A stretch of 64,000 nucleotides of DNA from an uncultured Burkholderiales bacterium (GTDB lineage: Bacteria; Pseudomonadota; Gammaproteobacteria; Burkholderiales; Burkholderiaceae_C). Under the pieces are notes generated by a model. It did no database searches. It was given only the letters and a program-made list of their open reading frames with translations, and was not told the DNA's origin. The stretch spans positions 3,977 through 67,976 of the forward strand of contig CADEDE010000004.1 in the NCBI GenBank assembly GCA_902825995.1, given 5' to 3'. The position numbers were made by a program, and so were the translations under genes. Positions 1 through 9,887 of the stretch are shown here, piece by piece (the first letter of the stretch is position 1; each line of letters opens with the position of its first letter).

Positions 1-684
1 GCCCTGCGCATCATCGAAGCGGTGGTCGCGGCCTGCGCGCCGCGCGGCGTGCCCGTGACCTTGAAGATGCGCAGCGGGCGCAACGCGGCCGAGAAGAACG
101 CCGTCGCACTGGCCCGCATGGCCGAGCAGGCCGGCGTGGCGATGTTGGCCGTGCACGGCCGCACGCGCGAGCAGGGCTTCAAGGGCCTGGCCGAGTACGA
201 CACGGTGGCGGCGGTGAAGGCCGCGCTGTCGATTCCGGTGGCGGCCAATGGCGATATCGATTCGCCCGAGAAGGCGCGCGCTGTGCTGACCTATACGCAG
301 GCCGACGCGCTGATGATCGGCCGCGCGGCGCAAGGCCGGCCGTGGATCTTCCGCGAAGTGGCGCATTTCCTGGCCACCGGCGATCGCCTCGCGCCGCCCA
401 CGGTGGTTGAAGCGTCGACCTGGCTCGGCGAACACCTGCACGACCACTACGCGCTGTATGGCGAGCACATCGGCGTGCGCAGCGCGCGCAAGCATATCGG
501 CTGGGCCCTGCGCGAGCTGCCCGGCGGCGAGGCCTTTCGCGCCGAAATGAATCGGATCGACGATGGCGCGGCGCAGCTGGCCGCCGTCACGCAATGGTTT
601 GCCCAATTGGCTGCACAACATGAACGACTGCCACGCATCGGCGTGCCGGCCGCCAACAACGACCTGATCGAATTGACGGCATGA
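1..684 (+). CDS. dusB: tRNA-dihydrouridine synthase B, C-terminal part (5' end lies outside the window)
   Basis: Frame open from base 1. Dus-type motifs present (VTLKMRSG, AVHGRTR, ANGDI, MIGRAAQGRPWIF). Stop overlaps the fis ATG (ATGA at 681-684), and dusB-fis is a conserved gene pair. Confidence 0.85.
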   Translation, partial: ALRIIEAVVAACAPRGVPVTLKMRSGRNAAEKNAVALARMAEQAGVAMLAVHGRTREQGFKGLAEYDTVAAVKAALSIPVAANGDIDSPEKARAVLTYTQADALMIGRAAQGRPWIFREVAHFLATGDRLAPPTVVEASTWLGEHLHDHYALYGEHIGVRSARKHIGWALRELPGGEAFRAEMNRIDDGAAQLAAVTQWFAQLAAQHERLPRIGVPAANNDLIELTA

Positions 685-917
685 CGAAGAAACATATCGA
701 CGCCTGCGTGCGTGAAAGCCTCGAACAGTATTTCAAGGATCTGCGCGGCGCCGAACCGCATTCCTTGCACGACATGCTCATCGCCGCCGTCGAAAAGCCA
801 CTGCTCGACGTGGTCATGAACCACGCCGACGGCAACCAGAGCAAGGCCGCCGAATGGCTCGGCCTGAACCGCAATACGCTGCGGCGAAAATTGCTCGCCC
901 ACAAGTTGATCAAATGA
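681..917 (+). CDS. fis: DNA-binding protein Fis
   Basis: 78 aa with the Fis C-terminal HTH ([21 protein letters not shown]). Lies directly downstream of dusB. Confidence 0.95.
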   Translation: MTKKHIDACVRESLEQYFKDLRGAEPHSLHDMLIAAVEKPLLDVVMNHADGNQSKAAEWLGLNRNTLRRKLLAHKLIK

Positions 918-2491
918 CGCTCACCGCGCTGATCTCGGTGTCGGACAAGACCGGCATCGTCGAATTTGCCCGCTCGCTGCACCTGGCCGGCGTCAAGCTG
1001 CTGTCCACCGGCGGCACTGCCAAACTGCTGGCGCAGAACGACCTGCCGGTCACCGAGGTCGGCGAAGTCACGGGCTTCCCCGAGATGCTCGACGGCCGCG
1101 TGAAGACCCTGCACCCGCGCATTCACGGCGGCCTGCTGGCACGCCGCGACGTGCCGGCGCACATGGCCGCCCTGCAGGAGCACGGCATCGGCGCCATCGA
1201 CCTGCTGGTCGTCAACCTCTACCCCTTTGCGCAGGCCACCGCCAAGGCCGATTGCACGCTCGACGAGGCGATCGAAAATATCGATATCGGCGGCCCGGCG
1301 ATGCTGCGCGCCGCGGCCAAGAACTGGCAGGACGTGACGGTGCTCATCGATCCCGCCGACTACCCGCCGGTGCTCGGCGAATTGAAGGCCGGCGCCATTG
1401 GGCGGGCCACGAAGTTCAGACTCGCGAAGAAGGTTTTCGCGCACACCGCCGCCTACGACGGCATGATCGGCAACTACCTGAATGCCATCGAAGCCGGTGC
1501 CGGAAACGCTGGCGACACGGTACCCGCGCGCACCGAGTACCCGACCGTATTAACGCTGCAACTGACCAAGACGCAGGACATGCGCTACGGCGAGAACCCG
1601 CACCAGCGTGCGGCGTTTTATCGCGACGCCGCGGCGCCGCGCGGCCTGCTCGCCGACTGGTCACAACTGCAAGGCAAGGAACTCAGCTACAACAATATTG
1701 CCGACGCCGACGCGGCCTGGGAATGCGTCAAGACCTTCACCGACACGCCCGCCTGCGTGATCGTCAAGCATGCCAACCCCTGCGGCGTGGCGGTCGGCTC
1801 GACAGCAGGCGCGGCCTACGCCAAGGCGTTGAAGACCGATCCGACCTCGGCCTTCGGCGGCATCATCGCTTTCAACACCCCGCTCGACGGCGCGGCAGCG
1901 GCGCATGTGGCCAGGCAGTTCGTCGAAGTCATCATCGCCCCCGGCATCACACCCGAAGCGCGGGCCGTGTTCGCGGCCAAACAGAACGTGCGCTTGCTCG
2001 AAGTGCCGCTGGCGCACAACACCAACGCGTTCGATTTCAAGCGTGTCGGCGGTGGTCTGCTGATGCAATCGGCCGACGCCCGCAATGTGTCGCGGGACGA
2101 GTTGCGCGTGGTCACCCGGCAGACCCCGAGCGCCGCGCAACTCGACGACCTGCTGTTCGCCTGGAAGGTGGCCAAGTTCGTCAAGAGCAATGCCATCGTC
2201 TTCTGCGCCGGCGGCATGACCCTGGGTGTCGGCGCCGGCCAGATGAGCCGCATCGACAGCGCGCGCATGGCCTCGATCAAGGCCACCAACGCCGGCCTCA
2301 CGCTGGCCGGATCGGCTGTCGCCAGCGACGCCTTCTTCCCCTTCCGCGACGGCCTGGATGTCGTCGTGGATGCGGGCGCCGCTTGCGTGATCCAGCCCGG
2401 CGGCTCGATGCGCGATGCCGAAGTCATAGCGGCAGCCGACGAGCGCGGCATCCCGATGGTGTTCACCGGCGTGCGCCACTTCCGGCACTGA
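914..2491 (+). CDS. purH: Bifunctional AICAR formyltransferase / IMP cyclohydrolase
   Basis: Start taken at ATG 914 ([19 protein letters not shown]), which overlaps the fis stop. 525 aa with MGS-like and AICARFT domains ([30 protein letters not shown]). The track ORF starting at 854 is an upstream in-frame extension. Confidence 0.95.
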   Translation: MTLTALISVSDKTGIVEFARSLHLAGVKLLSTGGTAKLLAQNDLPVTEVGEVTGFPEMLDGRVKTLHPRIHGGLLARRDVPAHMAALQEHGIGAIDLLVVNLYPFAQATAKADCTLDEAIENIDIGGPAMLRAAAKNWQDVTVLIDPADYPPVLGELKAGAIGRATKFRLAKKVFAHTAAYDGMIGNYLNAIEAGAGNAGDTVPARTEYPTVLTLQLTKTQDMRYGENPHQRAAFYRDAAAPRGLLADWSQLQGKELSYNNIADADAAWECVKTFTDTPACVIVKHANPCGVAVGSTAGAAYAKALKTDPTSAFGGIIAFNTPLDGAAAAHVARQFVEVIIAPGITPEARAVFAAKQNVRLLEVPLAHNTNAFDFKRVGGGLLMQSADARNVSRDELRVVTRQTPSAAQLDDLLFAWKVAKFVKSNAIVFCAGGMTLGVGAGQMSRIDSARMASIKATNAGLTLAGSAVASDAFFPFRDGLDVVVDAGAACVIQPGGSMRDAEVIAAADERGIPMVFTGVRHFRH

Positions 2492-2713
2492 CCGGGTGCA
2501 ATCACCGGGTCAACGCCACGATACAGGGGAACGACAACATGGCTATGGACCTTGTCGATGACGAAATCAAGGGCGACGACTTGCGCACGCTCGGCGGTAC
2601 GCTGAGTTGCCAGAAGGATGCCTTTCTGTGCGCCGCCCGTGGCGTGTCGCTGGGCATCCACTTCCAGCAAAAGCTCGGCGCCGGATTGCTCGGCTCGGTG
2701 CTTGGTGGCGACA

Positions 2714-3517
2714 GTGAAGATTGAGCGCCCGCACGCGCTATGGCTGACGGTCTTGCTGTGCGTCGTAGCGGGTGCGCAGGCCGCAGCCGTGCAACTCGAA
2801 GACCTGAGCTGGACCGAGTTGCGCGAGCGCATTGCCGCCGGCACGACGACGGTGCTCGTGCCGATCGGCGGCACCGAGCAGAACGGCCCGCACATGACGC
2901 TCGGCAAGCACAACGTGCGCGTGAAATTGCTGGCTGCGCGCATCGCCGAACGGCTGGGCCATACCGTCGTCGCGCCGGTGATCGCCTATGTACCGGAAGG
3001 CGCGGTCGAGCCGCCGACCCAGCACATGCGCTACGCCGGCACGATCTCGATTTCGGATACCGCCTTCGAGGCCACGCTCGAAGGCGCGGCGCGCAGCCTG
3101 CGCCGGCACGGCTTGCGCGATGTCGTCTTCCTGGGCGACCACGGCGGCTATCGCGCCAGCCTCGATCGCGTCGCCGCCAAACTCAACCTGGAGTGGGGCG
3201 CCGCCGCCCGGGTGCATGCGCTGCCCGAGTACTATCGCGCAACGCAAGCAGACTTTGCCGCGACGCTGAAGGCGCGCGGATTCAGCAGCGACGAAATCGG
3301 CCTGCATGCCGGCCTGGCCGATACCGCGCTGATGCTGGCGCTGGACCCGACGCAGGTGCGCATGGACGCCGTCGCCGCCCGCCCTCGCGGCAGCGCAGCC
3401 GATGGCGTGGCCGGCGACCCGCGTCGCGCCAGCGCCGAGCTCGGGCGGGTGGGCGTCGAACATATCGTCCAAGCCACGGTGGCGGCGATTCGCGCCCGCG
3501 CGCAAGAACCGAAATAA
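2714..3517 (+). CDS. Creatininase-family amidohydrolase
   Basis: [20 protein letters not shown] and FLGDHGGY motifs are typical of the creatininase family. Start assigned to in-frame GTG 2714, ahead of a hydrophobic N-terminus; the start is uncertain. Confidence 0.7.
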   Translation: MKIERPHALWLTVLLCVVAGAQAAAVQLEDLSWTELRERIAAGTTTVLVPIGGTEQNGPHMTLGKHNVRVKLLAARIAERLGHTVVAPVIAYVPEGAVEPPTQHMRYAGTISISDTAFEATLEGAARSLRRHGLRDVVFLGDHGGYRASLDRVAAKLNLEWGAAARVHALPEYYRATQADFAATLKARGFSSDEIGLHAGLADTALMLALDPTQVRMDAVAARPRGSAADGVAGDPRRASAELGRVGVEHIVQATVAAIRARAQEPK

Positions 3518-3554
3518 TTCGACGGACCAACGATTTATTGACGGAGTGCCCGGC

Positions 3555-4865
3555 ATGGATACGAGCGTGATGAAGGCGATCGGCGGCACGGCCGTTCTGG
3601 CCGTGGCTGGCGGCCTGCTGTGGCTGGGTTCGCAGCCGAATGCGGCCGTGGCGCAGACGCCGGCAGCGTCGGCCGTAGCCGTGCCACCGACAACCCCCGT
3701 GAGCACCGTCGCCGGCATGCCGGCGGTGCCCGATGCGCGCAACCTGTACAGCGAAACCGCCGCCGGCAAGATCGGCCCGGCGCTGGCCGGCGACCTGGCG
3801 CGCATCTACGTGCCCAACCTGCGCTCGAACGACGTCTATGTCGTCGATCCGCAGGCCATGAAAGTCGTCGATCGCTTCAAGGTCGGCATCGGCCCGCAGC
3901 ACATCGTGCCGTCGTGGGATCTGCGCACGCTGTGGGTCACCAACAATGCCGAGGGCCGCAGCGACGGCAGCCTGACACCGATCGACCCGCGCAGCGGCAA
4001 GCCCGGCAATCCGGTGAAGGTCGATGACCCGTACAACATGTACTACACGCCCGACGGCCAATCGGCGATCGTGGTCGCCGAGGCCAGGAAGCGCCTGGAT
4101 TTCCGCGACCCAAAGACGATGACCCTGCAGTATTCGATCGATGTGACCGACTGCCCCGGCGTCAACCACGCCGACTTTGCGATCGACGGCCGCTTCGCGA
4201 TCTTCACCTGCGAGTTCTCCGGTACGCTGGCGAAGATCGACCTGGTCGAGCGCAAGGTGCTCGGCTACCTGAAGCTGACGCTGCCGGCCACGCGGTTGAA
4301 GGAAACACCCGGCGCACCGCGAACGAAACCCGGCCAGGCCTGGGAGCCCGGCCAAACCGAGTTTTGCACCGTGACCAAGGGCATGCCGCAGGACATTCGC
4401 AGCTCGCCCGACGGCAAGCGTTTCTATATCGCCGACATGCATGCCGACGGCGTACACGTCGTCGATGGCGCCTCGTTCAAAGAGGTCGGCTTCATCGCCA
4501 CCGGCCTGGGCGCGCATGGCCTGTACCCGAGCCGCGACGGCAAGCGCCTGTACGTGGCCAACCGCGGCTCGCACAAGATCCACGGCTCACGCCTGGGCAA
4601 CGGCGGTGTCACGGTGATCGACTTCGCCAGCGAGAAAGTGGTGGCGCGCTGGGCCGTTCCCGGCGGCGGCAGCCCCGACATGGGCAACGTCAGCGCCGAC
4701 GGCAAGTACCTCTGGCTGGCCGCGCGTTACGACGACGTGATCTACCGCTTCGACACCGCCAACGGCGACGTGGCGCAGGTCAAGGTGGGCGCCGAGCCGC
4801 ACGGCCTGACGGTGTGGCCACAGCCGGGGCGCTACTCGCTGGGGCATACCGGCAACCTGCGTTGA
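3555..4865 (+). CDS. YVTN-type beta-propeller repeat protein (secreted)
   Basis: ATG 3555 followed by a signal-like segment (AIGGTAVLAVAGGLLWLG). Repeated blades with LYVxN / LWVTN / FYIADM / LYVANRGS motifs. Confidence 0.7.
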   Translation: MDTSVMKAIGGTAVLAVAGGLLWLGSQPNAAVAQTPAASAVAVPPTTPVSTVAGMPAVPDARNLYSETAAGKIGPALAGDLARIYVPNLRSNDVYVVDPQAMKVVDRFKVGIGPQHIVPSWDLRTLWVTNNAEGRSDGSLTPIDPRSGKPGNPVKVDDPYNMYYTPDGQSAIVVAEARKRLDFRDPKTMTLQYSIDVTDCPGVNHADFAIDGRFAIFTCEFSGTLAKIDLVERKVLGYLKLTLPATRLKETPGAPRTKPGQAWEPGQTEFCTVTKGMPQDIRSSPDGKRFYIADMHADGVHVVDGASFKEVGFIATGLGAHGLYPSRDGKRLYVANRGSHKIHGSRLGNGGVTVIDFASEKVVARWAVPGGGSPDMGNVSADGKYLWLAARYDDVIYRFDTANGDVAQVKVGAEPHGLTVWPQPGRYSLGHTGNLR

Positions 4866-5731
4866 TGGCCCAGGACAGCGGCGTGACCCCGTTGCTCGAC
4901 GCCTTCTGGCGCGCCGCCGCGTATTGCCTGCACCCGCGGGTGATCCTGCTGTCGCTGGCGCCGCTGCTGCTGGCCGGCGGGCTGACGCTCGCACTGGGCT
5001 GGTTCTATTGGGAGCCCGCCGTGGCGGGCGTGCGAGCGACGCTCGAAGCCTGGTCGTCGCTCGAGGTGCTGCTGAAATGGCTCGAGTCGATCGGCCTCAA
5101 TGGCTTGCGCGCATTGATCGCGCCCCTGATCGTGCTCGCACTGGCGCTGCCGCTGATCGTCGTGCTGTCGCTGTTGGTGGTGGCCTTGTCGATGGCCCCG
5201 GCCCTGGTGTCGCTGGTCGCCCGACGGCGCTTTGCCGAGCTCGAAGCCAAACGCGGCGCGGCGCTGTGGCAATCGGTGTTGTGGTCGCTCGGCTGCACGC
5301 TGGTTGCCGTTATCGCCCTCGTGCTCAGCCTCCCGCTGTGGTTCGTGCCGCCGCTGATCTTGTTGATACCACCGCTGATCTGGGGCTGGCTGACCTGCCG
5401 CGTGATGGCCTTCGACGTGCTGGCAGAGCACGCCAGCGCCGACGAGCGGCGCACGATCCTGCGTGAGCAGCGCTGGCCACTGCTGGCCATCGGTGTGGTC
5501 TGCGGCTACCTCGGCGCTGCACCGACGCTGTTGTGGGCGGTGAGCGCGGCAACCCTGATTTTTGCGCCGCTGCTGGTGCTGATATCGGTGTGGCTCTATA
5601 CGTTGGTGTTTGCCTTCGCGGCGCTGTGGTTCGCCCATTTCGCGCTGGCGGCATTGCAGCGCCTGCGACAATCGACGATGCCGGTGCCACCGGCTCCTCT
5701 TCAACCCATCGAAATACTGCCTCTGTCATGA
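4865..5731 (+). CDS. EI24/CysZ-like polytopic inner-membrane protein
   Basis: 288 aa, 6-7 hydrophobic helices, high GC3. ATG overlaps the previous stop by 1 nt. The family assignment is from memory of similar annotations and is tentative. Confidence 0.6.
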   Translation: MAQDSGVTPLLDAFWRAAAYCLHPRVILLSLAPLLLAGGLTLALGWFYWEPAVAGVRATLEAWSSLEVLLKWLESIGLNGLRALIAPLIVLALALPLIVVLSLLVVALSMAPALVSLVARRRFAELEAKRGAALWQSVLWSLGCTLVAVIALVLSLPLWFVPPLILLIPPLIWGWLTCRVMAFDVLAEHASADERRTILREQRWPLLAIGVVCGYLGAAPTLLWAVSAATLIFAPLLVLISVWLYTLVFAFAALWFAHFALAALQRLRQSTMPVPPAPLQPIEILPLS

Positions 5732-5798
5732 CCAACCCCAAGCTCACTTCGTTCGCAGCCCCCCAAGGGGGCGTCAGCACGCTTGGGGCGGCCCGGCG
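5729..5798 (+). repeat. Family-1 GC-rich hairpin element, copy A (intergenic)
   Basis: TGACCAACCCCAAGCTCACTTCGTTCGCAGCCCCCCAAGGGGGCGTCAGCACGCTTGGGGCGGCCCGGCG. The 7-bp stem is CCCCAAG (5761-5767) paired with CTTGGGG (5782-5788). Its TGA is the stop codon of the upstream CDS. Confidence 0.85.
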
Positions 5799-5807
5799 CG
5801 TACTGGC

Positions 5808-6602
5808 ATGAACTTCGGCCTGATCATCGTCGGCGACGAAATCCTCTCCGGCAAACGCCAGGACCAGCACCTGCCCAAAGTCATCGAACTGCTCGGCGCT
5901 CGCGGCCTGTCGCTGGCCTGGGCGCGCTATGTCGGCGACGACCGCCGGCTCATCACCGAAGCCTTGCGCCACGCTTTCGCCAGCGGCGACGCGGTCTTCA
6001 GTTGCGGCGGCATCGGCGCCACGCCCGACGATCACACGCGCCAGTGCGCCGCGGCGGCGCTCGGTGTGGCGCTCGAATTGCATCCCGAGGCCAAGGCCCT
6101 GATCACGCAGCGCATGCAAGACCGGGCGGCGGAAAAGGGCCTGCCCTTCGATGCCGATGCGCCCGACAACATCCACCGTCTGAATATGGGTGTATTCCCG
6201 GCGGGCGCCTCGATCATCGCCAACCCGTACAACCAGATTCCCGGCTTTACGGTTGGCGAGGTGCATTTCGTGCCAGGCTTCCCGGTGATGGCGCACCCGA
6301 TGATCGAAACCGTGCTCGACACCCGCTACCGCGCGCTGCACGGTTCGCTGCGCGAGGCCGAATACTCGGTGATCGTCTATGGGTCGATCGAGGCCGCACT
6401 GACGCCGCTGATGGAAGCCGTCGAGCGCGACCACGCCGGCGTGCGCGTGTTCAGCCTGCCCAGCGTCGATCACCCGGTGCATGGGCGGCACATCGAGCTC
6501 GGCGTCAAGGGCGGCGAAACCTTGCTGCCTGCGGCCTATGCCGCGCTGCGCGCCGGGCTGGCCGCCCTGGGCGCGCAGACAGGCCCCGAACTGGTGCGCT
6601 GA
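5808..6602 (+). CDS. CinA-like competence/damage-inducible protein (MoCF-biosynthesis domain)
   Basis: [19 protein letters not shown] and [14 protein letters not shown] motifs are typical of the CinA N-terminal domain family. Confidence 0.75.
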   Translation: MNFGLIIVGDEILSGKRQDQHLPKVIELLGARGLSLAWARYVGDDRRLITEALRHAFASGDAVFSCGGIGATPDDHTRQCAAAALGVALELHPEAKALITQRMQDRAAEKGLPFDADAPDNIHRLNMGVFPAGASIIANPYNQIPGFTVGEVHFVPGFPVMAHPMIETVLDTRYRALHGSLREAEYSVIVYGSIEAALTPLMEAVERDHAGVRVFSLPSVDHPVHGRHIELGVKGGETLLPAAYAALRAGLAALGAQTGPELVR

Positions 6603-6693
6603 AATACGAAGAACAGCCCAACGTTGGTGCTATTGAACGCCTCCATTTGGGGCATTCCGTCAGAGCGCACAATAGGCCATTGCGCACCGGCTG

Positions 6694-6711
6694 CGGGCAT
6701 GCTTTCTGCTA
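6694..6711 (+). promoter_or_regulatory. Candidate sigma-54 (-24/-12) promoter of glnA
   Basis: GG at 6696-6697 and GC at 6708-6709 are separated by exactly 10 nt (GGCATGCTTTCTGC), matching TGGCAC-N5-TTGC spacing. It lies ~45 nt upstream of the glnA ATG, and ntrBC is encoded downstream. Confidence 0.4.
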
Positions 6712-6754
6712 CATTCGCCTGCGCTTTTTTCACCCCCTCCCAGGAGAAGCCTTG

Positions 6755-8173
6755 ATGGCCAGTAAGAACGTCGCTGACGTGATGAAGATGGTGAAGGACA
6801 ACGAGATCAAGTTCGTTGATTTCCGTTTCACCGATACCCGCGGCAAAGAACAACACGTCACCGTGCCGGTATCGCACTTCGACGAAGACAAATTCAGTGC
6901 CGGCCACGCCTTCGACGGTTCGTCGATCGCCGGCTGGAAGGGCATCGAAGCCTCCGACATGCTGCTGATGCCCGACCCGGCCACGGCCAACGTCGACCCC
7001 TTCTTCGAAGAGCCGACCCTGTTGTTGACCTGCGATGTGCTCGAACCCGGCGATGGCAAGCCCTACGAGCGCGACCCGCGTTCGCTGGCCCGCCGCGCCG
7101 AGGCCTACCTGAAGAGCAGCGGCATCGGCGACGCCGCCTTCTTCGGGCCCGAGCCCGAATTCTTCGTCTTCGACAGCGTGCGCTGGAACGTCGATATGTC
7201 GGGCAGCTTCTCGAAGATCGAATCCGAAGAAGCGGCCTGGAACAGCGGCAAGGAATACGAGCACGGCAACTCAGGCTACCGCCCGGGTGTCAAGGGCGGT
7301 TATTTCCCGGTGCCGCCGGTCGACAGCTTCCAGGACATGCGCTCCGAAATGTGCCTGCTGCTCGAACAGCTCGGCGTGCCGGTCGAAGTGCACCACCATG
7401 AGGTTGCCACCGCCGGCCAGATGGAACTCGGCACCAAGTTCAGTACGCTGGTTCAGCGCGCCGACTGGCTGCAACTGCAGAAGTACGTGATCCACAACGT
7501 GGCCCACGCCTACGGCAAGACGGCGACCTTCATGCCCAAACCGATCGTCGGCGACAACGGCAGCGGCATGCATGTGCACCAGAGCGTGTGGAAAGACGGC
7601 AAGAACCTGTTCGCCGGCGACGGCTATGCGGGCCTGTCGGACTTTGCCCTGTACTACATCGGCGGCATCATCAAGCACGCCCGCGCGCTGAATGCCATCA
7701 CCAACCCCGGCACCAACAGCTACAAGCGCCTGGTGCCCGGTTTCGAGGCGCCTGTGAAGCTGGCGTATTCGTCGAAGAATCGCTCGGCCTCGATCCGTAT
7801 TCCGTACGTCGCCAACCCCAAGGGCCGCCGTATCGAGGCTCGCTTCCCGGATCCGCTGTGCAACCCCTACCTGGGCTTCTCGGCGCTGCTGATGGCCGGC
7901 CTGGACGGGGTGGAGAACAAAATCCACCCCGGCGAAGCGGCAACCAAAGACCTGTACCACCTGCCGCCCGAAGAAGACGCGAAGATCCCGACCGTCTGCC
8001 ACAGCCTGGACCAGGCCCTCGATTATCTGGACAAGGGCCGCGCCTTTCTGACCAAGGGCGGGGTCTTCACCGACAGTTATATCGACGCCTACATCGAGCT
8101 GAAGATGCAGGAGGTCACGCGTTTTCGCATGACCACCCACCCGCTCGAGTTCGACATGTACTACGCGGCCTGA
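6755..8173 (+). CDS. glnA: Glutamine synthetase type I
   Basis: 472 aa starting [27 protein letters not shown]. Contains GSGMHVHQS and NPYL, plus the adenylylation-loop region ([10 protein letters not shown]). AGGAGA RBS upstream. Confidence 0.97.
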   Translation: MASKNVADVMKMVKDNEIKFVDFRFTDTRGKEQHVTVPVSHFDEDKFSAGHAFDGSSIAGWKGIEASDMLLMPDPATANVDPFFEEPTLLLTCDVLEPGDGKPYERDPRSLARRAEAYLKSSGIGDAAFFGPEPEFFVFDSVRWNVDMSGSFSKIESEEAAWNSGKEYEHGNSGYRPGVKGGYFPVPPVDSFQDMRSEMCLLLEQLGVPVEVHHHEVATAGQMELGTKFSTLVQRADWLQLQKYVIHNVAHAYGKTATFMPKPIVGDNGSGMHVHQSVWKDGKNLFAGDGYAGLSDFALYYIGGIIKHARALNAITNPGTNSYKRLVPGFEAPVKLAYSSKNRSASIRIPYVANPKGRRIEARFPDPLCNPYLGFSALLMAGLDGVENKIHPGEAATKDLYHLPPEEDAKIPTVCHSLDQALDYLDKGRAFLTKGGVFTDSYIDAYIELKMQEVTRFRMTTHPLEFDMYYAA

Positions 8174-8191
8174 CCCACGAATCGGTCACAC

Positions 8192-8221
8192 GGCAAGGGG
8201 CGGCGCATGCCGCCCCTTGCC
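8192..8221 (+). terminator. Stem-loop downstream of glnA
   Basis: GGCAAGGGGCGGC-GCAT-GCCGCCCCTTGCC: a perfect 13-bp stem beginning 19 nt after the glnA stop. No U-tract follows, which is common in high-GC genomes. Confidence 0.5.
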
Positions 8222-8246
8222 ACTTGTGCACCAGGCGTGGGCCACA

Positions 8247-8780
8247 ATGCGTCGAATGGCCATGAAAAACCTCCTTGCAATCGCTTCCTGGGTCGGCGCG
8301 CTGGCCGGGGCCACCGCGGCTGCCGCGGCCACCCAGGCCGGCACCGTTTACCGTTGCCCGGGGCCGCCCGTGCTCTACACCGACCAGATCACGGCGCCGG
8401 AGGCCAAGGATCGCAACTGCCGCACGATTGAGGGTGCGCCGATCACGGTGGTGTCACCGCCCAAGCCGCGACCGCTGCCCAGCGCCTCGAACGCAGGCGC
8501 CCCGCGCCCATCGGAAGGCAAGGTCGGTGCCGGCGAGCAGCGCGCACGCGACAGCGACGCGCGCAAGATTCTCGAAGCCGAACTGAGGCGTGAGGAAACC
8601 AAGCTGGCTGAACTGCAGAAAGAGTTCAACAACGGACAGCCGGAGCGCCGTGGCGAAGAGCGCAATTACCAGAAATACCAGGATCGCGTCGAAGAGATGA
8701 AGGCGGCCATTGCGCGCAAGGAAAGCGACGTCGAAGCCCTGAAGCGTGAGTTGACCAAACTCCCCGCGACCAAGGAATAG
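8247..8780 (+). CDS. DUF4124-type secreted protein
   Basis: Signal peptide followed by GTVYRCPGPPVLYTDQ (DUF4124-like) and a charged coiled-coil C-terminus. The start could be 8247, 8256 or 8262. Confidence 0.65.
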   Translation: MRRMAMKNLLAIASWVGALAGATAAAAATQAGTVYRCPGPPVLYTDQITAPEAKDRNCRTIEGAPITVVSPPKPRPLPSASNAGAPRPSEGKVGAGEQRARDSDARKILEAELRREETKLAELQKEFNNGQPERRGEERNYQKYQDRVEEMKAAIARKESDVEALKRELTKLPATKE

Positions 8781-8782
8781 CG

Positions 8783-9868
8783 ATGTCGCGGATGGCCGCG
8801 GAGACGACCGACCCGCTGGCCGCCTTCGATCTGCTGGCCACGATGGTGGCGCTGGTGCAGCCCGACGGTCTGTGCCTGCACGCCAACACGGCCTTCGAAA
8901 ATCTGCTCGGCGTGGCCCGCCGCGCCCTGATGGGCACCATGTTGCCCGATTGGCTGGCCGACGCGCAGCCGCTGCGCGAGACCCTGGCGGCCGTGTCGGC
9001 CAACCGCATCGCCAGCGGCCGCTTCGACGCCCAGTTGCGCCGGCCCGCCGGCGGCCAGCATGAGCTGCTGCCGGTGCATGTGATCGTCAACCAGACCGAA
9101 GACGCCGAGCGCGTGCTGGTCGAGATGATCGAGATCGAACAGCAAACTCGGCAAGACCGCGAGGAGCGCACCCAGGGACAGGCCCAGGCCAACAAGGAAC
9201 TGGTGCGCAACCTGGCGCACGAGATCAAGAACCCGCTCGGCGGCATCCGCGGCGCGGCGCAGTTGCTGGGCATGGAGCTCGAAGGCAAGCGTGAACTCAC
9301 CGAGTACACCCAGGTCATCATCGCCGAGGCCGACCGCCTGCAGTTGCTGGTCGATCGCCTGCTGGCGCCACACCGGCGTGCGCACATCGTGGCCGACGTG
9401 AATATCCACGAAGTCTGCGAGCGGGTGCGCGCGCTCGTCGTGGCCGAGCATCCACGCGGCCTCGCGGTCAAGCGCGACTACGATACCTCGATTCCGGAGT
9501 TTCGCGGCGACCGCGAGCAGTTGATCCAGGCCGTGCTCAATATCGCCCACAACGCCGTACAGGCGCTGGAGCCGCGCATTCAGGCCGGCGACGCCGAGAT
9601 GCGCTTGCGCACGCGCATTGCCCGACAAGTGACGATCGGAAAGCTGCGTTGGCGCCTGGCACTCGAATTGCTTATCGAAGATAACGGGCCCGGCGTGCCC
9701 GGGGCGATCCGCGAGCGCATCTTCTTCCCGCTGGTGACGGGGCGCGAGGGCGGATCGGGCCTCGGGCTGACCCTGGCGCAGACTTTCGTGCAGCAACACC
9801 AGGGCACGATCGAATGCGCCAGCCAGCCGGGCCGCACGCTATTCACGATCCTCATCCCGCTGCCATGA
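8783..9868 (+). CDS. glnL: Nitrogen regulation sensor histidine kinase NtrB
   Basis: PAS N-terminus, H-box (LAHEIKNPLGGIRGAAQLL), and N and G boxes (DNGPGVP, GGSGLGL). Positioned between glnA and ntrC. Confidence 0.9.
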   Translation: MSRMAAETTDPLAAFDLLATMVALVQPDGLCLHANTAFENLLGVARRALMGTMLPDWLADAQPLRETLAAVSANRIASGRFDAQLRRPAGGQHELLPVHVIVNQTEDAERVLVEMIEIEQQTRQDREERTQGQAQANKELVRNLAHEIKNPLGGIRGAAQLLGMELEGKRELTEYTQVIIAEADRLQLLVDRLLAPHRRAHIVADVNIHEVCERVRALVVAEHPRGLAVKRDYDTSIPEFRGDREQLIQAVLNIAHNAVQALEPRIQAGDAEMRLRTRIARQVTIGKLRWRLALELLIEDNGPGVPGAIRERIFFPLVTGREGGSGLGLTLAQTFVQQHQGTIECASQPGRTLFTILIPLP

Positions 9869-9887
9869 CCTCCTACCAACCCCGCGC

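Noticed and set aside
854-913. Upstream in-frame extensions of many track ORFs (for example purH from 854, glnA from 5783, folA to 14038, cusB to 42524, purL to 54664, murA to 30476)
   Set aside because: The extensions overlap the preceding gene or consist of non-protein-like sequence. Internal starts give canonical N-termini and lengths, often with ATGA/TGATG coupling or an RBS.
587-2488. Long minus-strand ORFs (587-1444, 1661-2488, 1816-2943) antisense to fis/purH
   Set aside because: They are shadow ORFs, as expected in ~68% GC DNA. They are Arg/Ala/Gly-rich with no motifs, and they lie fully inside confidently identified plus-strand genes.
2539-2724. 61-codon plus-strand ORF ([20 protein letters not shown]...) in the purH-creatininase gap
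   Set aside because: GC3 is only moderate, I recognised no motif, and it overlaps the proposed creatininase start. It could be a real small protein, but the sequence alone does not support calling it.
6600-6690. Possible NtrC enhancer sites upstream of glnA (GCGCAC-N11-GCGCAC; GGTGCTATTGAACGCC)
   Set aside because: They do not form the expected TGCACC-N5-GGTGCA inverted repeat. Only the sigma-54 -24/-12 spacing is convincing enough to list.
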